NCBI GenBank assembly: GCA_964106915.2
Contig: OZ066927.1
Length of the DNA stretch: 64,000 nt
Direction: 5' to 3' (one strand)
From: Podarcis gaigeae
Taxonomy: Eukaryota
This document shows, in pieces, positions 25,732-39,133 of this stretch (position 1 is the first letter of the stretch; each line of letters opens with the position of its first letter). Made by a program: the position numbers and the translations under genes. A model generated the notes under the pieces. It was not told the DNA's origin. It was given only the letters and a program-made list of their open reading frames with translations, and made no database searches.

Positions 25732-26528
25732 GTATGTGTCTATAGGGGAACAACCAGCTTTGAGTGCTAGCTCAAATTTCACCAACATCATCTCTTAAAT
25801 TGCACAGTGATGAGGACAGCAGCTGCCATGTCAGTGGGAAGTGGGGGCAAAGTGACTTTGATTCACTGGTAGGATTCAGGTGAAATGTTTTTACAGGATA
25901 TCAGGTAAATCCACACACAAAAAGTGGTGGAGGGAAGAATAAACTGATTCAGACTGCTTTCTTTGGGCAGTATTAGATGAGGGTATCCCCCGCACCCTGA
26001 TGGAATAGAGATGAAACAAGAACTTGGTAATAAAAATGTAATGGTGTATATTGGTGTATAAAGGTGTATATTGATGGTCTATCTACTCTTGATCATACAT
26101 GGTTGGATAATATTTTAATTTTTATGTTTGAATAATGGCACTTAGAGATCCCTTTCTAGTTGTTGAGCATTTTGTTAAGGTCTGGGCTAAACTTTTATTT
26201 ATTTTCTCACATAGCTGAAGCTTTTTTACCACTTGGTGCTTATTTAACCACCAGCATGAGGCCCTGCATTTTGACACAGTAGTCCTTGCTCTGTTAAATG
26301 AAGCCATGAAAGTTTAAAGGACAGAGTTAAAGGAAGAGATGGTGTCTCAAGAGATGAATTAATCAGACAATTCTTCATGAGCAAAAGATAGCTGGTTTTA
26401 TTCTGATATAATTAAAAATGTGTGAATTTGTGCTTTGTGTTGCCTCTGAATAGCTTAGTTCTTGTTATGTATCTGGCATATCAAGATTTTGTGACTTGGC
26501 TGTTTTTGCTGTTTCTCCCTCTGTTCAG

Positions 26529-26618
26529 CATGCATCTTCAGATGTAGAAAGAATGATCCTGGGTAATAAATGTGATATGAATGAGAAAAGACAAGTTTCA
26601 AAAGAAAAAGGAGAAAAG
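26529..26618 (+). CDS. RAB8B: RAB8B exon 5 ([30 protein letters not shown])
   Basis: cag|...|gtaaat, 90 nt; G4 motif NKCD. Confidence 0.96.
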
Positions 26619-26764
26619 GTAAATCTAGTTTCATCTCTCTGGATATTTTTTCACCTTCCTGACCTGATGCCCTTTTCTTTCTTGCACCCAATTTCATTTT
26701 GAGGCAATGAGTGATGCAGAAACAAAGTGTTCTCAATACTGATTTGGGGATGGTCTCTGAGTAA

Positions 26765-27140
26765 GCAGGTGGCGCTGTGGTCTAAACCACTGAGCCTCTT
26801 GGGCTTGCTGATTGGAAGGTTGACTGTTTGAATCCACACAATGGGGTGAGCTTCTGTTGCTCTGTCCCAGCTTCTGCCAACCTAGCAGTTTGAAAGCATG
26901 CAAGTAGATAAATAGGTACCACTGTGGCAGGAAGGTAAAAGGCATTTCCATGTGCTCTGGTACTCATCACGGTGTCCCATTGCACCAGAAGCAGTTTAGT
27001 CGTGCTGGCCGGAAAGCTGTCTGTGGACAAATGCTGGCTCCCTTGGCCTGAAAAGTGAGATGAGCGCCACAACCCCACAGTCGCCTTTGACTGAACTTAA
27101 CCATCTAGGCATCCTTTACCTTTCTTTTTTTCTTTTTTAC
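26765..27140 (+). mobile_element. Sauria SINE (older copy)
   Basis: GGTGGCGCTGTGGTCTAAACCACTGAGCC...CTGCCAACCTAGCAGTTTGAAAGCA...TTTACCTTT tail. Confidence 0.85.
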
Positions 27141-28338
27141 CCTTGAGACAGAAGTTTTCCTTGAGCATCTCAGAATCAACATTACCGAGATGAAATATTC
27201 ATGATAGGACTGTAGGTCATAATATGCTAACCATCAAGTTCATCAAGTAGACGAGCTTAAATCACAGGAGTTTAAATACCCAAGACTAAAGACCTGGCAA
27301 CACAGATAACAAGCAAAAGATTCAGGACATGAGACCCTTGAAAGCCCCACGACCATGCAGGCTGGACAGTCATTAACTTTAATTCTTATTTTGTGAATAG
27401 ACAACAGTTTTAAAAGGTGCCAGTTGAAATCAACTGTATGTTCTCACTTCTACTGTGGTTGTATCTGGGTCACAACCCTTATGTCCTGAACCAGTTTTGA
27501 TTCTGTTTAGCTTTAGCATTAAAACTCAAAAGGTTGAGGTTTGCCTAATGCAGGCTTGAAAACTAACTTCAAGGACTCATTAAAGTAGACTTCAAAACCA
27601 ATGCAAGCCTTTAACATTCTGTTCAGATCTTAATCTGAATTGAAAGGAATGCCTCTCCCACTGGAGTTAATGGAGTAAAGCTATGATGGAAAGGGGCAGG
27701 GAGGGAAGATCTTACAAACCAGTTCAATGGAAGGAAGCTGCTCTGTTAGATTGCTGGGGTGGAAGGAATGGGGGTGGAATTCTGCAGATGATGGGCAAGA
27801 GAAGACAGTTTTCCAGTACCTCAAATTGGCTCAGTTACTCAGGTAATTTCCAGTTTTAATTCTAGAGCATCACTCATTTCTAAGAACCCTTAACTGGTGT
27901 AAAACACCATTTGGTGTTGCTTGCCATACTGGATAGTATGCTAGCATCTTGGCATATTTTAGCTTTTCAAAATCAATGAAAATGAAAAAAATAACCCAGC
28001 AGGTAACAAGTAAATGCAGAGGCTGAATTCCAGAGGGACACATGGTGCCTCCTCTGTGCCCACGGGATGCTTCATTCCAGCGCTGGTGCCCAAATGTATT
28101 CCAAGAGGTGAGGCCACCTAAAGGGAAAATGAGCCTGTTTGTGCCTCATCTACACGGACCTTTTGCACATTGGCCCCTTTGGATTCCAGTGGAAGAATGT
28201 CAGCTTGGAGGTGATAGAGATGGCATTGACTTAGCTATAAATTCTGCTTCCTGCTTTTTATCAAGCTGTGGTATAGTTGGGCAGTTAGAAGTATCCACTT
28301 TTTAAAACACTAATGAGTTCTTATTAACACTTTTGCAG

Positions 28339-28404
28339 TTAGCAATTGATTATGGAATCAAATTTCTGGAGACAAGTGCAAAATCAAGCATAAACGTGGA
28401 AGAG
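28339..28404 (+). CDS. RAB8B: RAB8B exon 6 (LAIDYGIKFLETSAKSSINVEE)
   Basis: cag|...|gtaaga, 66 nt; G5 motif ETSAK. Confidence 0.96.
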
Positions 28405-29067
28405 GTAAGAGTAGCTAACAACCTGGTGAACACCTGGTGGCTAAAATATTTTCTGATGTTGTGTTATAGATGCATTAAACAAAGTCCTATGCTTACACAG
28501 ATGCTCGTGTGTGGTCTTCTGCGGTGGGGTTCAAATCTTAGTTTGACTTGCTAGCCAGGGATTATATGTATGGCCACTAACACCTTGCTGAGTACTCTGG
28601 GGAAGCAGCATGAGTCCTTTGTCCCTCTTTTGCAGTGCTTCCATGGGCATGGGGAAAAGTGGGAATCACTTATGTGATAAAGCACATGCTTTGCTGCATG
28701 CAGATGGGCCCAGGTTCAATCCCAGGCATTTCCAGCGAAGAAGATCAGGTAGCAGGTGATAAGAAAGACCCTTTCAGACCCAGAGAAGAACTGTTTGAGC
28801 CAAGAACATCGTATTAAGTGGGAGTGCTCAGGGGAGTCCATAAAAGAGTGCTTTTACTTTGAGGCATGTTGAGGTCTCAAAGATCCCTTTTAGAAGCCAG
28901 TTCCTATAAGACCCAAAGTTTAATGGGACAAAGATTTTTCAACTCCAATAAAGGAATTATTGTACTTTTCATTTTTTTAAAAAGTGCTTTGCACTCTTAA
29001 ATGCGTAAGATGTGATGATTCATTTGTGGGGGGTTTCTTACTACTCTCCCTTTTTCCTTGGTTCTAG

Positions 29068-29118
29068 GCTTTCTTCACCCTTGCACGGGATATCATGACA
29101 AAACTCAACAAAAAAATG
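29068..29118 (+). CDS. RAB8B: RAB8B exon 7 (AFFTLARDIMTKLNKKM)
   Basis: tag|...|gttggt, 51 nt. Confidence 0.95.
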
Positions 29119-31272
29119 GTTGGTTTCTCTCATTATTTGTATCTCATAATTAGTATGTTTTCTACCAAATTCTGAGATTCAGAGTGGTGTTCAACTATGT
29201 TTTACTGTGAGTCAACCCATTCAGATTAATGAACATGGCTAAGTAAGGCTTTTTAATTTCAGTTGGTCTGCTTTGAGTAAGAAACTTAGTTGAATACCAT
29301 CCCCACAGTTTTGCCAGGCAATAGTAGCCAGCAAATGTTTTGTATTTTCAAACATACCTCTCTTCTCCAAAGAGGTGGGATCTTGTCTGTGATATGCTGA
29401 GCTTGGGAGGTGCTGGGGGCTCCTGTGAACCTGAACCCAGCAGTGACAAGCTCCCATCTTCCTCATTCTGGAGTTGAGATAGAGACTTGTCCTTCTTGGG
29501 CTCCTCTTCACTCTGGTCAGATGCTTCCTTGCATGGCGAATCCTTGACTTTGTGCAGAAAGGAACTCCTTGATCAATCTAATGCTTTTTGTTTCATTTGG
29601 AACTGGAAACAACATTATAGCATAGAACAAACTCAAAACAAAGGAAGTTCTTACCATTGTTTTGTGTACATTTTGAACAAATTATGTAGTGTGCCAATGT
29701 TGCACATGGCAGTGGGAATATGCAGATTACATTCCTTTCCATATGCTCAAAAGCAACATTCTGCACAGTTTCTTCTCAAGATCTACAATTAGGAGGCCCC
29801 TAGCCAAACATTTGTAAAGCTTGGAACTGGCCTGCAGTGGTATTAGAGCTTATCTGGTGACATCCCACAGGTATTTTGTTTAACCTTTTGGCTTTCCACA
29901 TCTAAATGGCTGCAGCTTGTCTTCCTTAGAGGACTCTCTTAAGTGCTAGTGAGTTTGCAGTTGTGTCTTTAAGATGCAAGTCAGGCACCACAATCTGAAG
30001 AAGCCCTGATTCCTGCCTCCACCCTCACAGTGTAATATAAAAGATGTGCTACAACATTTGCTTTTTTAATGGGAACTTGTGCACACATCTTCATGAGGCC
30101 TTTCCATTAAGTAGTGAGCTCAGAGAGAGCCTTGCCATTAAAACATTAGATCTTAGGTGCATTAGAGGTGGCAAAATAGAGCATGCAGGTCTGAACCCTT
30201 GAGCCATCCTCCAGGAAATGCTCCTGCACAAGCCTTGCTGAAACACGTGGGAAATGTGCAAGAAAACAGAAGTATGTAGTTCCCATTTCTTTGAAAGAGG
30301 TCTACTCAGGAGAGTTTCCTGCCACATTGTGATCTGTTAAAATCAGATGCGGTGCTCTTTGAATTTGCCATTAGTTATTCCCCCAACTGCTTCACTTGTC
30401 TTGTACTGCAAAGGGATGCAATGTTGCTCCGGTTTTCAAAACCATCCAGTAAGCTAGATTTCCTCCTAGAGGGGAAAGAGGCCCCAGTTGTCCTGCTCAG
30501 GGATTGTCCCATTTGGAATAAGGTTTTCTCACTTGACATGGAACTGCCTTTGCCTCCTGGGCTACCTTGATTGTACTGACAGCCAAAGACCCACCTTTGA
30601 GGAAACTTGAACATGTCTGATCAGTCATTTTTCCTAGTTTGCTGCACTGTAAATTCTGAATTAATTTGTATGATGTTTTAAGGCCTTTTTTGTATTTTTT
30701 TGGCTTGTCTGTCTTCCACCCTAATCTGCTAAGGGAGGAAGGCCAGGATTTAAATGTAGTGACATAAAGAAAGCAAGGCTGTCCTGTGTGGTGTCCATGT
30801 ACAGGAGGCATAATCAAGCTGAATCCTCTCTAGCATGAACTTTAGGAATGGAATTTGCACATGAATCTGCTGCTGCTCTTTTGCAAAGCTCCTTTTCACT
30901 ACAGTGAGGCAGGCGTATTCATTCTTTCATGATTTCCCAAATGCCCGGTAGCTGAATCAAAATTGTGGAGTCTTACACCTGAAGAGGTTCTGAGCACCCA
31001 CACACCCTGGTGTCTGCATGAGTTTCTGTTCTGGGCATAACTTCAACAAGCACGGAACAGTGACTCATGCAGGGCTGCAACGGGCATCCACCTCTGAGGG
31101 CAGGTAACTACTGCAACTCTGTATAAGTTGTGATTAAATGCTCCAGATAGGGAGAATTATAAAGCCTAAGCAAAGGAGGAGGCATTATTAGAGCAGTGAG
31201 GTGTATAGAGCAGGGTGGTCCAATGCATGGCCCTCAATACCTTTTTTGGCGACCCTCACCAGCGTTTGATGC

Positions 31273-31277
<5 letters not shown>

Positions 31278-31310
<33 letters not shown>
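31278..31310. repeat. (CA)n microsatellite
   Basis: Direct read. Confidence 0.95.
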
Positions 31311-31314
<4 letters not shown>

Positions 31315-31678
31315 TGCCCTTGTGCTGCCTTCCCAAAGCTGGGTAAAAGAGAAGCTGGGTTTTGGGAAGGAGGCATGTGGGCTCTAGAACCCTGACAGAG
31401 CCTGGCGCCTTGCTTAGCTGGCTTTGGGAAAGCAGCGTGAGAGCTGGGAGGGGAGCGTCAAATTTTCCAAAGCACTCTTCTGTGCCCTGTGTGGGGTCAG
31501 CTGCTTGACCTCTTGTTTTGAGTATACAATCGTACAGTGTATGATTTATGTACTAGTTTTTCATTGGATTTGAGTTTTGTTTGGACGGGAGGCAAAAAAA
31601 TCCAAAGGATTTGTTCATTCTGCGACAATAATGCACCTTAAATCGTCATCTTCTTCTTCTTCTTATGTCTCTCCTTAG

Positions 31679-31771
31679 AATGACAACAGTTCAGCAGGTG
31701 CAGGTGGACCAGTGAAAATAATGGAAAACAGATCAAAGAAGAGCAGCTTCTTTCGATGCACACTGCTTTGA
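31679..31771 (+). CDS. RAB8B: RAB8B last coding exon (NDNSSAGAGGPVKIMENRSKKSSFFRCTLL*)
   Basis: tag| acceptor, TGA at 31769-31771; CaaX prenylation motif CTLL; tail matches RAB8B rather than RAB8A or RAB13. Confidence 0.96.
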   Translation, partial: NDNSSAGAGGPVKIMENRSKKSSFFRCTLL

Positions 31772-34700
31772 TGAACTCCTAAGAATAGACTGCAGCATAC
31801 CTAGAGAGAGAGAAAACCCTTTTCCTGCTTCTCTGAAAGCACAGGCTCACCTGGCCTCAGAGCTGTTACCACCAGGCTGCTGCTGAGAGCTCTGTTTGAA
31901 TGTAGAGTGTGCTAAACCAAGAGAGAAAAGGATTTTGGTTCGCTCTGCTTCTCAGCAAGTCGGGCTCCCTCTTCTCAAACACGGAAGCTGTGAAGTTGAG
32001 AGACACATGTGCAGGAGCTAAATCTTCTTTATTACTTTGTTTCACCGCCTGCTTCAAAAGCTGCTAAGTTTTTCTTTGCACACTCATATTTGCCCTCTGT
32101 TGCCTGCTAGAGCACAGTCTTAACACTTGTCTTTGCACAGCTTTCTTTCTTTCTGTTCTGGTAAGCATTCCCTAGCATTTCACCCAGCTGTAGTATAAAG
32201 GGATCAGATTGGGTCCCATACTGAATACAGAGGGCATGGCCGTAGATGCAGCACCCATGCTCAGAGGGTCACCATAGAGCCAATAGAATTCTGCATACAA
32301 TTATTCATGGGCATCACAAGAGGCCCTTGGAGCTCTGTGTGCTTCCTATATCCCCAGCCAGTTGCCCTCCTCAACTCAGTGTAATTTACTTGTGCTCTGT
32401 CAAGGCAAAAGGGAGGGCTAGATGGCATGTAGGCGCAGACCTCCCACCAACACCATGGCTCCTCATACTGCCTTGTGTACTTAATAAGAAGGGGCAGGAG
32501 GGCTGAAAGTGGCCTGGAATATGGCCCTAGTATTTTTCTCAGGCATAGAAATATGTCTGCAACATAAATGTGGTTTTGTAGCCTGGTGTTGGAAAGCTTA
32601 ACACCCCAGGCACTTACAATTTCTATTTGGGCTTGCCACTTTTGTTTGACAGATACACAGATCTGTTTATATGGAAAAGAACTTTTTTTCTGAATGTATG
32701 GTGTTGAATTTCTATGTACAGAAGGTGTACTGGAACCACTTACAGTATCTCTTACATCAATCCAATTTCACTTCTATTTCATGCTGTATTCAGTTGAACT
32801 GGAAGGCACTCAGTTCTCTCTTGAATGCAACTATTCCTGTATATAAAGGTTCCTGTTTCAGCCTGTTGAATATTAATAGAAAAAGCACACACAACATGTG
32901 TAACTATCCCCTCTAGCTTTCAGTCCCTTTTTCAAAAAGCATAGTCACTGTCCTCCTGATATGACCTTCCATGAATCTTGAGGCAACTGGTGTTGGTTCA
33001 GACATTTAGAACAGATATAAACTTAGCTGCCTTTCTCATTTAACTGAGACTCCCATACCAGCCTATTTCACCGCTATTTAAATTATTTATAAAATGTTGA
33101 GTTACTTTAAATACAGGTGCTTTAGTTCTATTGATGTGCCAAACATGGACCTTTGTAAGTTAAAACTTATCTCAACACAACCTTGATGACACCCCAGCTC
33201 CATGAGCTGCTGTTGTGTAACATGTCCCATTAGCTAGCCAAATAGGCACACAACGTTGCATCGTTTTAGAGGGTCAAATGTCAATATAATTCTAAGCATA
33301 TCTTGCGTCATTCAAGGTGAATAGGTTGGCCACTGGCACTCTGTAACATAACATTGGTTGAGCGGGTTAGAAAAAACATTCCTGTGGAGTTGTGAATTTT
33401 TGCACACTCTTCCTACCCCTCTGTTTATAATCCTAACAATATTGCTCCAATTACCTCTTGGATTGCAGCATCTGGGTTGATGCATGGAAAGAGGAGTGTA
33501 TCCAACAGGAATATTAAGCAGCAAAACACAAAAATGTCTGATTGCTGTAGGTCCCATGCTTGGGCTAAAGTGTTGTGGTTCTTGCTTTATAACACAAAGT
33601 GCTTTTGTGGGGGCAAGTGTGACTCCACCCACGATGAATGTCCATCTTTTTTCCACATCTGACTTCTTTGTATTGTAATCTGTATCTCAGGGGGTTTGTC
33701 TGAAAGCCAAAACTGACAAGTTCTGTGGTTCCTTTTGGCAGATTTTCTTTGCTTATGTTTCCTCTTTGTTGGCATCATACTTCACATCTTGGTTCTATGT
33801 ACGAACATTTAGTCTCTATGAACTTCCCTTTGAGAGAGCCTGTAACTAGTTGAATTTATATAAAGTGCTTCTTGAAGCAGCAGCAAATTGGGGTATCTAC
33901 TCTGTTTTATTTTAAAAAATATCTTGCTATTTTCTTACTTCTAGCTGTGCTAAAATGTACATAATTTGAGTAAGACCATAGGAAATTCACTTTAAGATTG
34001 GTGTAAGGATGCCACACACAGTTCACTTTCCCTCATTGTTAATATTGTTAATATTTAGTTTTATCCTGTCAAAATATTAGTGACAGAATAGTCTGTTCCC
34101 TGCTGAAGTTCTGAAAATATTTGTTTCATACGGAAACAACTTTAGTCTTAAGGAAATGTTGGTATAGCCTATGCAGCAGTATTAAGTGCTATGGCTGCAC
34201 TTCAAACTTTTCATAATGGTTGATTTAGCTCATTTTTCTACAAATAATATGCCTTGTCGAACTGCATTTTACAGTGTAAATCAGCTGATTGTCCACGTCA
34301 ACTTATTTCCTTGAGTGCTCGAGGCAAACAGGCAAACTATGATGGTATGGGGACTGCCTTTGCCTTCATTGCCTGATGCAAACATTTCTTACCCCAGAAC
34401 AAGTCTTGTGTTGGGTGTTAACCCTGCAAAAGACAACATTCTTCCATTTAGCTAATAGTTGGTTTAGATTCCCCAACTGTTGTCTTTTCTTCATGATACA
34501 ACACATTTAGCCTTGCTCTGCAGAACTCACCCATTTAAATGAAGGGTAAACCTGGATACGCTTTCCAGAGCAGAAAGCATACACTCTCTTTCCATTCTTA
34601 GTTTTTTGTCGTTTACTACTGACTTTCTAAAAAGAGAGTGCAATTTTAAAACATGCATCTGTGCTTAGCTAAACTTGTTGATCCATCAAAGCATTGTCTC

Positions 34701-35600
34701 TCCTCCAGTTGACATTTTATAGCTTAATTGCTTGGTTTTAAGTTTCATACATCTGGTTAGACTTGGATTCCTGTGTGGCATATGAAATATAATCTCTTTT
34801 TGAACTTGGTGTTCTCTCTGTACCATACTTGTAAAATACTTGCTAGCCTTTTTTGAGAAGTGTTGTTTTTTTAAATAAATGGGGTATTTACCTGTCCCAA
34901 GTGCATTCCCACTTCTCACTTACTTGCAAATTCAATGAATAAAGTCCATTAATTCTGCTAGCCAAAATGGATGTTGTGTTAGACTTCTTTAAATTCTGCC
35001 ATCAACTTGGTCTGTAACAACTTGAGAGGCTTGTGACAGTAAGTTAATGTGCAAACGTGTTTGGTAATTATGGAAAGGCTTGATTTAGAGTGAGTGCAAT
35101 ATTTGTAAGGCTAAAGACTGAAGGGACTAACAGTAAGTCTGGTGTCACCATCTTCTAGTCTTATGCCTTTCATTTTAAAATACATGTCGATACAGGGCTT
35201 CTTAGATAAGTTCCCCTAGCTTCTGGGGAATTTGTAGTGTGTTCCTATGGCCTTACAAATATATTTTTCTGCCCAAATATCATGTTTCTCCCTTGAGCTT
35301 AACAGTTTTAATGAGACATACCAAATTCTGAGAAATAAAGCATGATCCAGAAGAGCCTAATTTTTACATAATTATTCTGCCACGTGTGAAGCACATATTA
35401 TCAATACTCCAAAAGCATAAGGTGGAAAAGCTCCGGCAGATAATGTGAACTTGTCATGTAGTTAACTTGTAAACTTAATCATTAACTGTGTATTGATACT
35501 GTGTACAAACGAACAAAAAAGACAAGGGGGAGGGGTATTATTTCAAGTGAACTCTTTTATAACTATGTGCGTCTCAAATAAAATTACATAATTAAATGTT
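31772..35600 (+). other. RAB8B: RAB8B long 3'UTR
   Basis: About 3.8 kb AT-rich stretch with no recognisable repeats; AATAAA at 34938, 35334 and 35577. Confidence 0.65.
35577..35596 (+). terminator. Probable distal RAB8B polyadenylation signals (AATAAA, ATTAAA)
   Basis: AATAAA 35577-35582 and ATTAAA 35591-35596, followed by U/GU-rich sequence. Confidence 0.6.
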
Positions 35601-38600
35601 AAGTTTTTATGAAATATACAGTGTGATCAAACAAGTTCTGTAGTGCGTTATCATTCTGCCTGATGCATGCTGTTGGGAGTAAAAAGAGGTAAGAGACAAC
35701 TGTTTCCTGAAACTGAATGGATTGATTGAACACCCTTTGTTGAATAATTCAGGGCCATATCTACAGTATGCTTAACCCTGATCACGCACAATTTTCAGAA
35801 CTACACTCAGAAAAAGTAACACATTAGATCTACATCCCTGTCCAAATGTTGAATTACAATGCGCATCAACCCTAACTCTTGGCTGGAGCTGATGTGGGCA
35901 TTTGGAGAGTCAGAGGTTCCCTATCCTTTGCCTACTGTGTCTCCAAGAGCTTTCCCCTCTAGCCTTGTCAGGAGATGCCAAGAACTGAGTCTGGGACTGT
36001 CTATGTCTCTCAGCTACAGACTTCTCTCTTCAATCATCTATGAATGAACTGTTTCCTGCTTCAGTTTATTCCAGTGTGAAAATCTGTAAAAGGTGACTGA
36101 CACAAACATGGTCTCCAGCTATATTTCATTCATATAAAGATTCTGCTAGTACAGTCACTGCTGGTTTGAAATACAGCAGAATATTGTTACTTTTGGTGAA
36201 CAAAAGGATAACCTTTTGCATATTCCATTCATATACAAAGCTGCTCAGGGAGCATGTAGCCCAGCTGAATCCTCAGATAAGCGGCTAAAGTTGGAGAAGA
36301 GTGGAAAGGAAAACTGGCAGACGTTTCCATGCTTGCTGCAAGACTTCTGTACTAGGATAGCTAGTACTTGATTGCAGCCTATCAATATATTTTGTTTTGC
36401 TTTCACTTCCCTGCTCTTTCTGTTAAATTTGTTTGGAGGCATTCCCATTTTATCTTGGCAATAATCTTGTTTAGGTTGAGTGTGAGAGTGACCTAAACAG
36501 CTTCATGGCTGAGCAGGGAGAATAATATTGTGTGTTGAGCTTAGAACTAGAGAGAAGCGTTTACACTGACTTCTAAGTGTGAGAGAGGCTGCTATCTTTA
36601 CTACTTAATCCCATGTGTTTGGTTCCCTTCTGTAACACAGCACCAAAGTATCCCCTTCCAGCTGGTGAAGGCTGCCTGCCAGAAGTCAGTGGTTTGAAAA
36701 CCCTCTATTCCACAACAGTAGCTTATCTGATATTAATGTATTGCTAACCTAGTTTGGGCCTAATGAGTCGTGTTACAAAGGACAAAAGGCATGCTTGCAT
36801 ACAGTAGGAATATCCCTACTCTGGTAGGCTTGAAGACTCATCCCCTTTTCTAAAAGTATCGTGCTCAGGGTTTTTTTTTAACCCTGCCAGAACATCTATA
36901 TGAAGCTTTGGGGAGTGGTCATTAGGAGTTTGGGGCTGAGGTTTCATGAGTATATGGCTGAAACCCTTTTGTAGAGCAGGGATGTTTAAAGGTTCTGGAC
37001 TTGGTTGGTTTGACAGCTATGCCTGTTCCTGAATAGGAAGAATTTGCCTACTTCAGTCATGCATTGGTAACCTCGCAGATAGTGGCCACAGCACCCCATC
37101 CCACAATTATGTATTTACAGCACCCCGGACCTACCTGGCTACACCATTCTAGCAGCATTTAATTAGCTAGGCAGGGGGGGGGGGAGTCCAGAGGGAAGGA
37201 GGTCAGACATTACAGCAAGTATGATCCCATAATAAAATTTATAAAATTCTATCAGTTCAAGCATATATTCAAAAGGCATATTATTATTATTCACGACAAT
37301 TACAATAATATGAACCGACCTGGACCCGTGATCATCATCTGAGACCCTTCATGTGCCTCCTCTGTGAGAGGTCCAGAAGGTGGCAACCTGAGAACAGGGC
37401 CTTTTCTGCAGTGGCCCGCAAAATCTTTAGGCGCCCAGCAAAAAGATGTCTCTTCAGCCAGACAGTTGGCTGATTAACATTCTATGGCTTTTAAATGTGT
37501 TTGTGGGAGGGAGGTTAATGGCTTGTTTTTGTTTTATTATGTATTTTGTGTTTTCTGTTGCAAACGGCCCCAGGAACGTCAGATGAAGAACGGTAAGTAA
37601 ATAACAACAACAACAGCTATATAGCTGGGATAGTCAGAAGCGTATGCGACTCTTAATCTCAGGGTGGTGGGTTTGAGCTCCACATTGGGGAAAAGATTCC
37701 TGCATTGCAGAGGTTGAACTAGATAACCCTTTACAATTATATTAAATAATTGAAATGGCTATGCTTACATGACACATTTATTGTAAGTCGTCTCTGTTTT
37801 GTTGGATTAAAATTAGATTTTTTAAATATGCAGCTAGGAGTAATGTACACATCTCTGCAAGCCATTTCCCCTAATAGAATGCATTATTGCATGTTGTTTT
37901 CACTAATATCTCCATTTCTAGGCATACTTTCCCCTAACAGATGCATTGTGGTTGGCTGGAGAACTGCATTGAAAATTAGGATAAGTGCAAATGTTGAAGG
38001 ACAGACATGTTTCACATGTTTTGGAAAGTGTGAACTGGAGAGATTCTGCTTTAAATATGTTCTGGATTGAATTCCCCCTCTATCCTCTTGTCAGTCGGCT
38101 GAGGTGAGGAGGCGAGGTCTAAACCGATAAGCGGCAAGTTTTGCCCTACTCGTTGCAGAGTTTTCTTTAGTCAGCCTTTGTTAGAACCAGATTTTGTTAA
38201 AAGAACACAGTAAATAATATTCAGAAAAGCAAACTATTTATGAAAGTGCTTCTGCACCACTACAAATCAAAGTGGGGCTGTGTATAACAATAAAACAACA
38301 TAAAACATAATTTGCACTATCCCTCCTTTTCTCCAAGGGAGCCCAAGGTGGTGGACCTGGTTAGGCTGCTCCCTGTTTTATCCTCTCCACAACGCTGCAA
38401 GGTGGATTAGGCTGAGAGACCGTGACTGGCCCAAGTTCACCCAGTGGGTTTCATGGCTGAACAGGGATTTGAACCCTGGTCCTAGTCCAACACTGCACCA
38501 TAAATGTCTTTTGAGCCATACATCTCCATAGGTTACATTCAAATAATAAATGGATCAAACAAGCCCATTTTCCTACAGACTTGTCAATGTGAAAATTTAC

Positions 38601-38903
38601 ATCCCTCCTATGAACTAAATCTGCTGATTTGCCCATTTCTGCCATTATGTTAAAATGGTTTGCAAGGTGGTTGAGGATAAAAAGCAACAACACTTTAAAA
38701 CATTTTGGAAAATTTAACATGCTAGTAGGAAACTGCAAGGGATGGTTTCAGGTGAGACCCCATTGTGTGGAGCCCATGAATAGTACAGGGGCATGGCAGA
38801 CGCTCCACACACTGGGATTGCCAAGGGCCTGCGTGAAAAGTCTACAGAGCCCACGCCAGGTTATCCTAGATGTGTCTTGGGATCTTTCCTCTTTGATTTT
38901 TAG

Positions 38904-39133
38904 GTTTGTTTTTATATTGCTCCATACCTGGCTGGGGATATATTTCACATTTATATGCCACTTTCCTCCAAGCAGCTCAAGGTGGCACTTGTGGTTTTCC
39001 ACATTTTCGGAGAAAAACCTCACTGAGTTAAATGGGACTTAATCCCAGGTAAATGTGTTCCACTGTATTCTTTGGGGGTGATGTCTGTGGAGAAAAGATG
39101 GGGTGGACAGGCAATAACATGGGGCTTCCAGAT
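38904..39133 (+). pseudogene. Probable APH1B exon-5 relic (unitary pseudogene), split by a ~120-bp repeat-like insert
   Basis: tttttag|...FVFILLHTWLGI (vs APH1 IILLH(T/V)FWG(I/V)); then CACTGTATTCTTT..GATGTCTGTGGAGAAAAGATGGGG (vs CATTGTATTTTTTGATGGCTGTGAGAAGAAAAAGTGGGG, IVFFDGCEKKKWG); gtaagt at 39134; syntenic position and strand of APH1B. Confidence 0.55.

Noticed and set aside
34350-34375. TGCCTTCATTGCC resembling APH1B exon 1 (AFIAF)
   Set aside because: Only 13 bp, inside the RAB8B 3'UTR, with no flanking similarity
35870-35915. Resemblance to APH1B exon 4 (GTGGGCATT..TGGAGA)
   Set aside because: It lies inside a decayed copy of the common palindromic hAT MITE (GAATTACAA..CATCA.CCCT..GGCTGGAGCTGATG..AGGTTCCC), so it is repeat-derived
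38150-38190. tgcag|AGTTTTCTTT resembling the start of APH1B exon 2, in a mildly CpG-rich patch
   Set aside because: Similarity does not extend beyond about 10 nt
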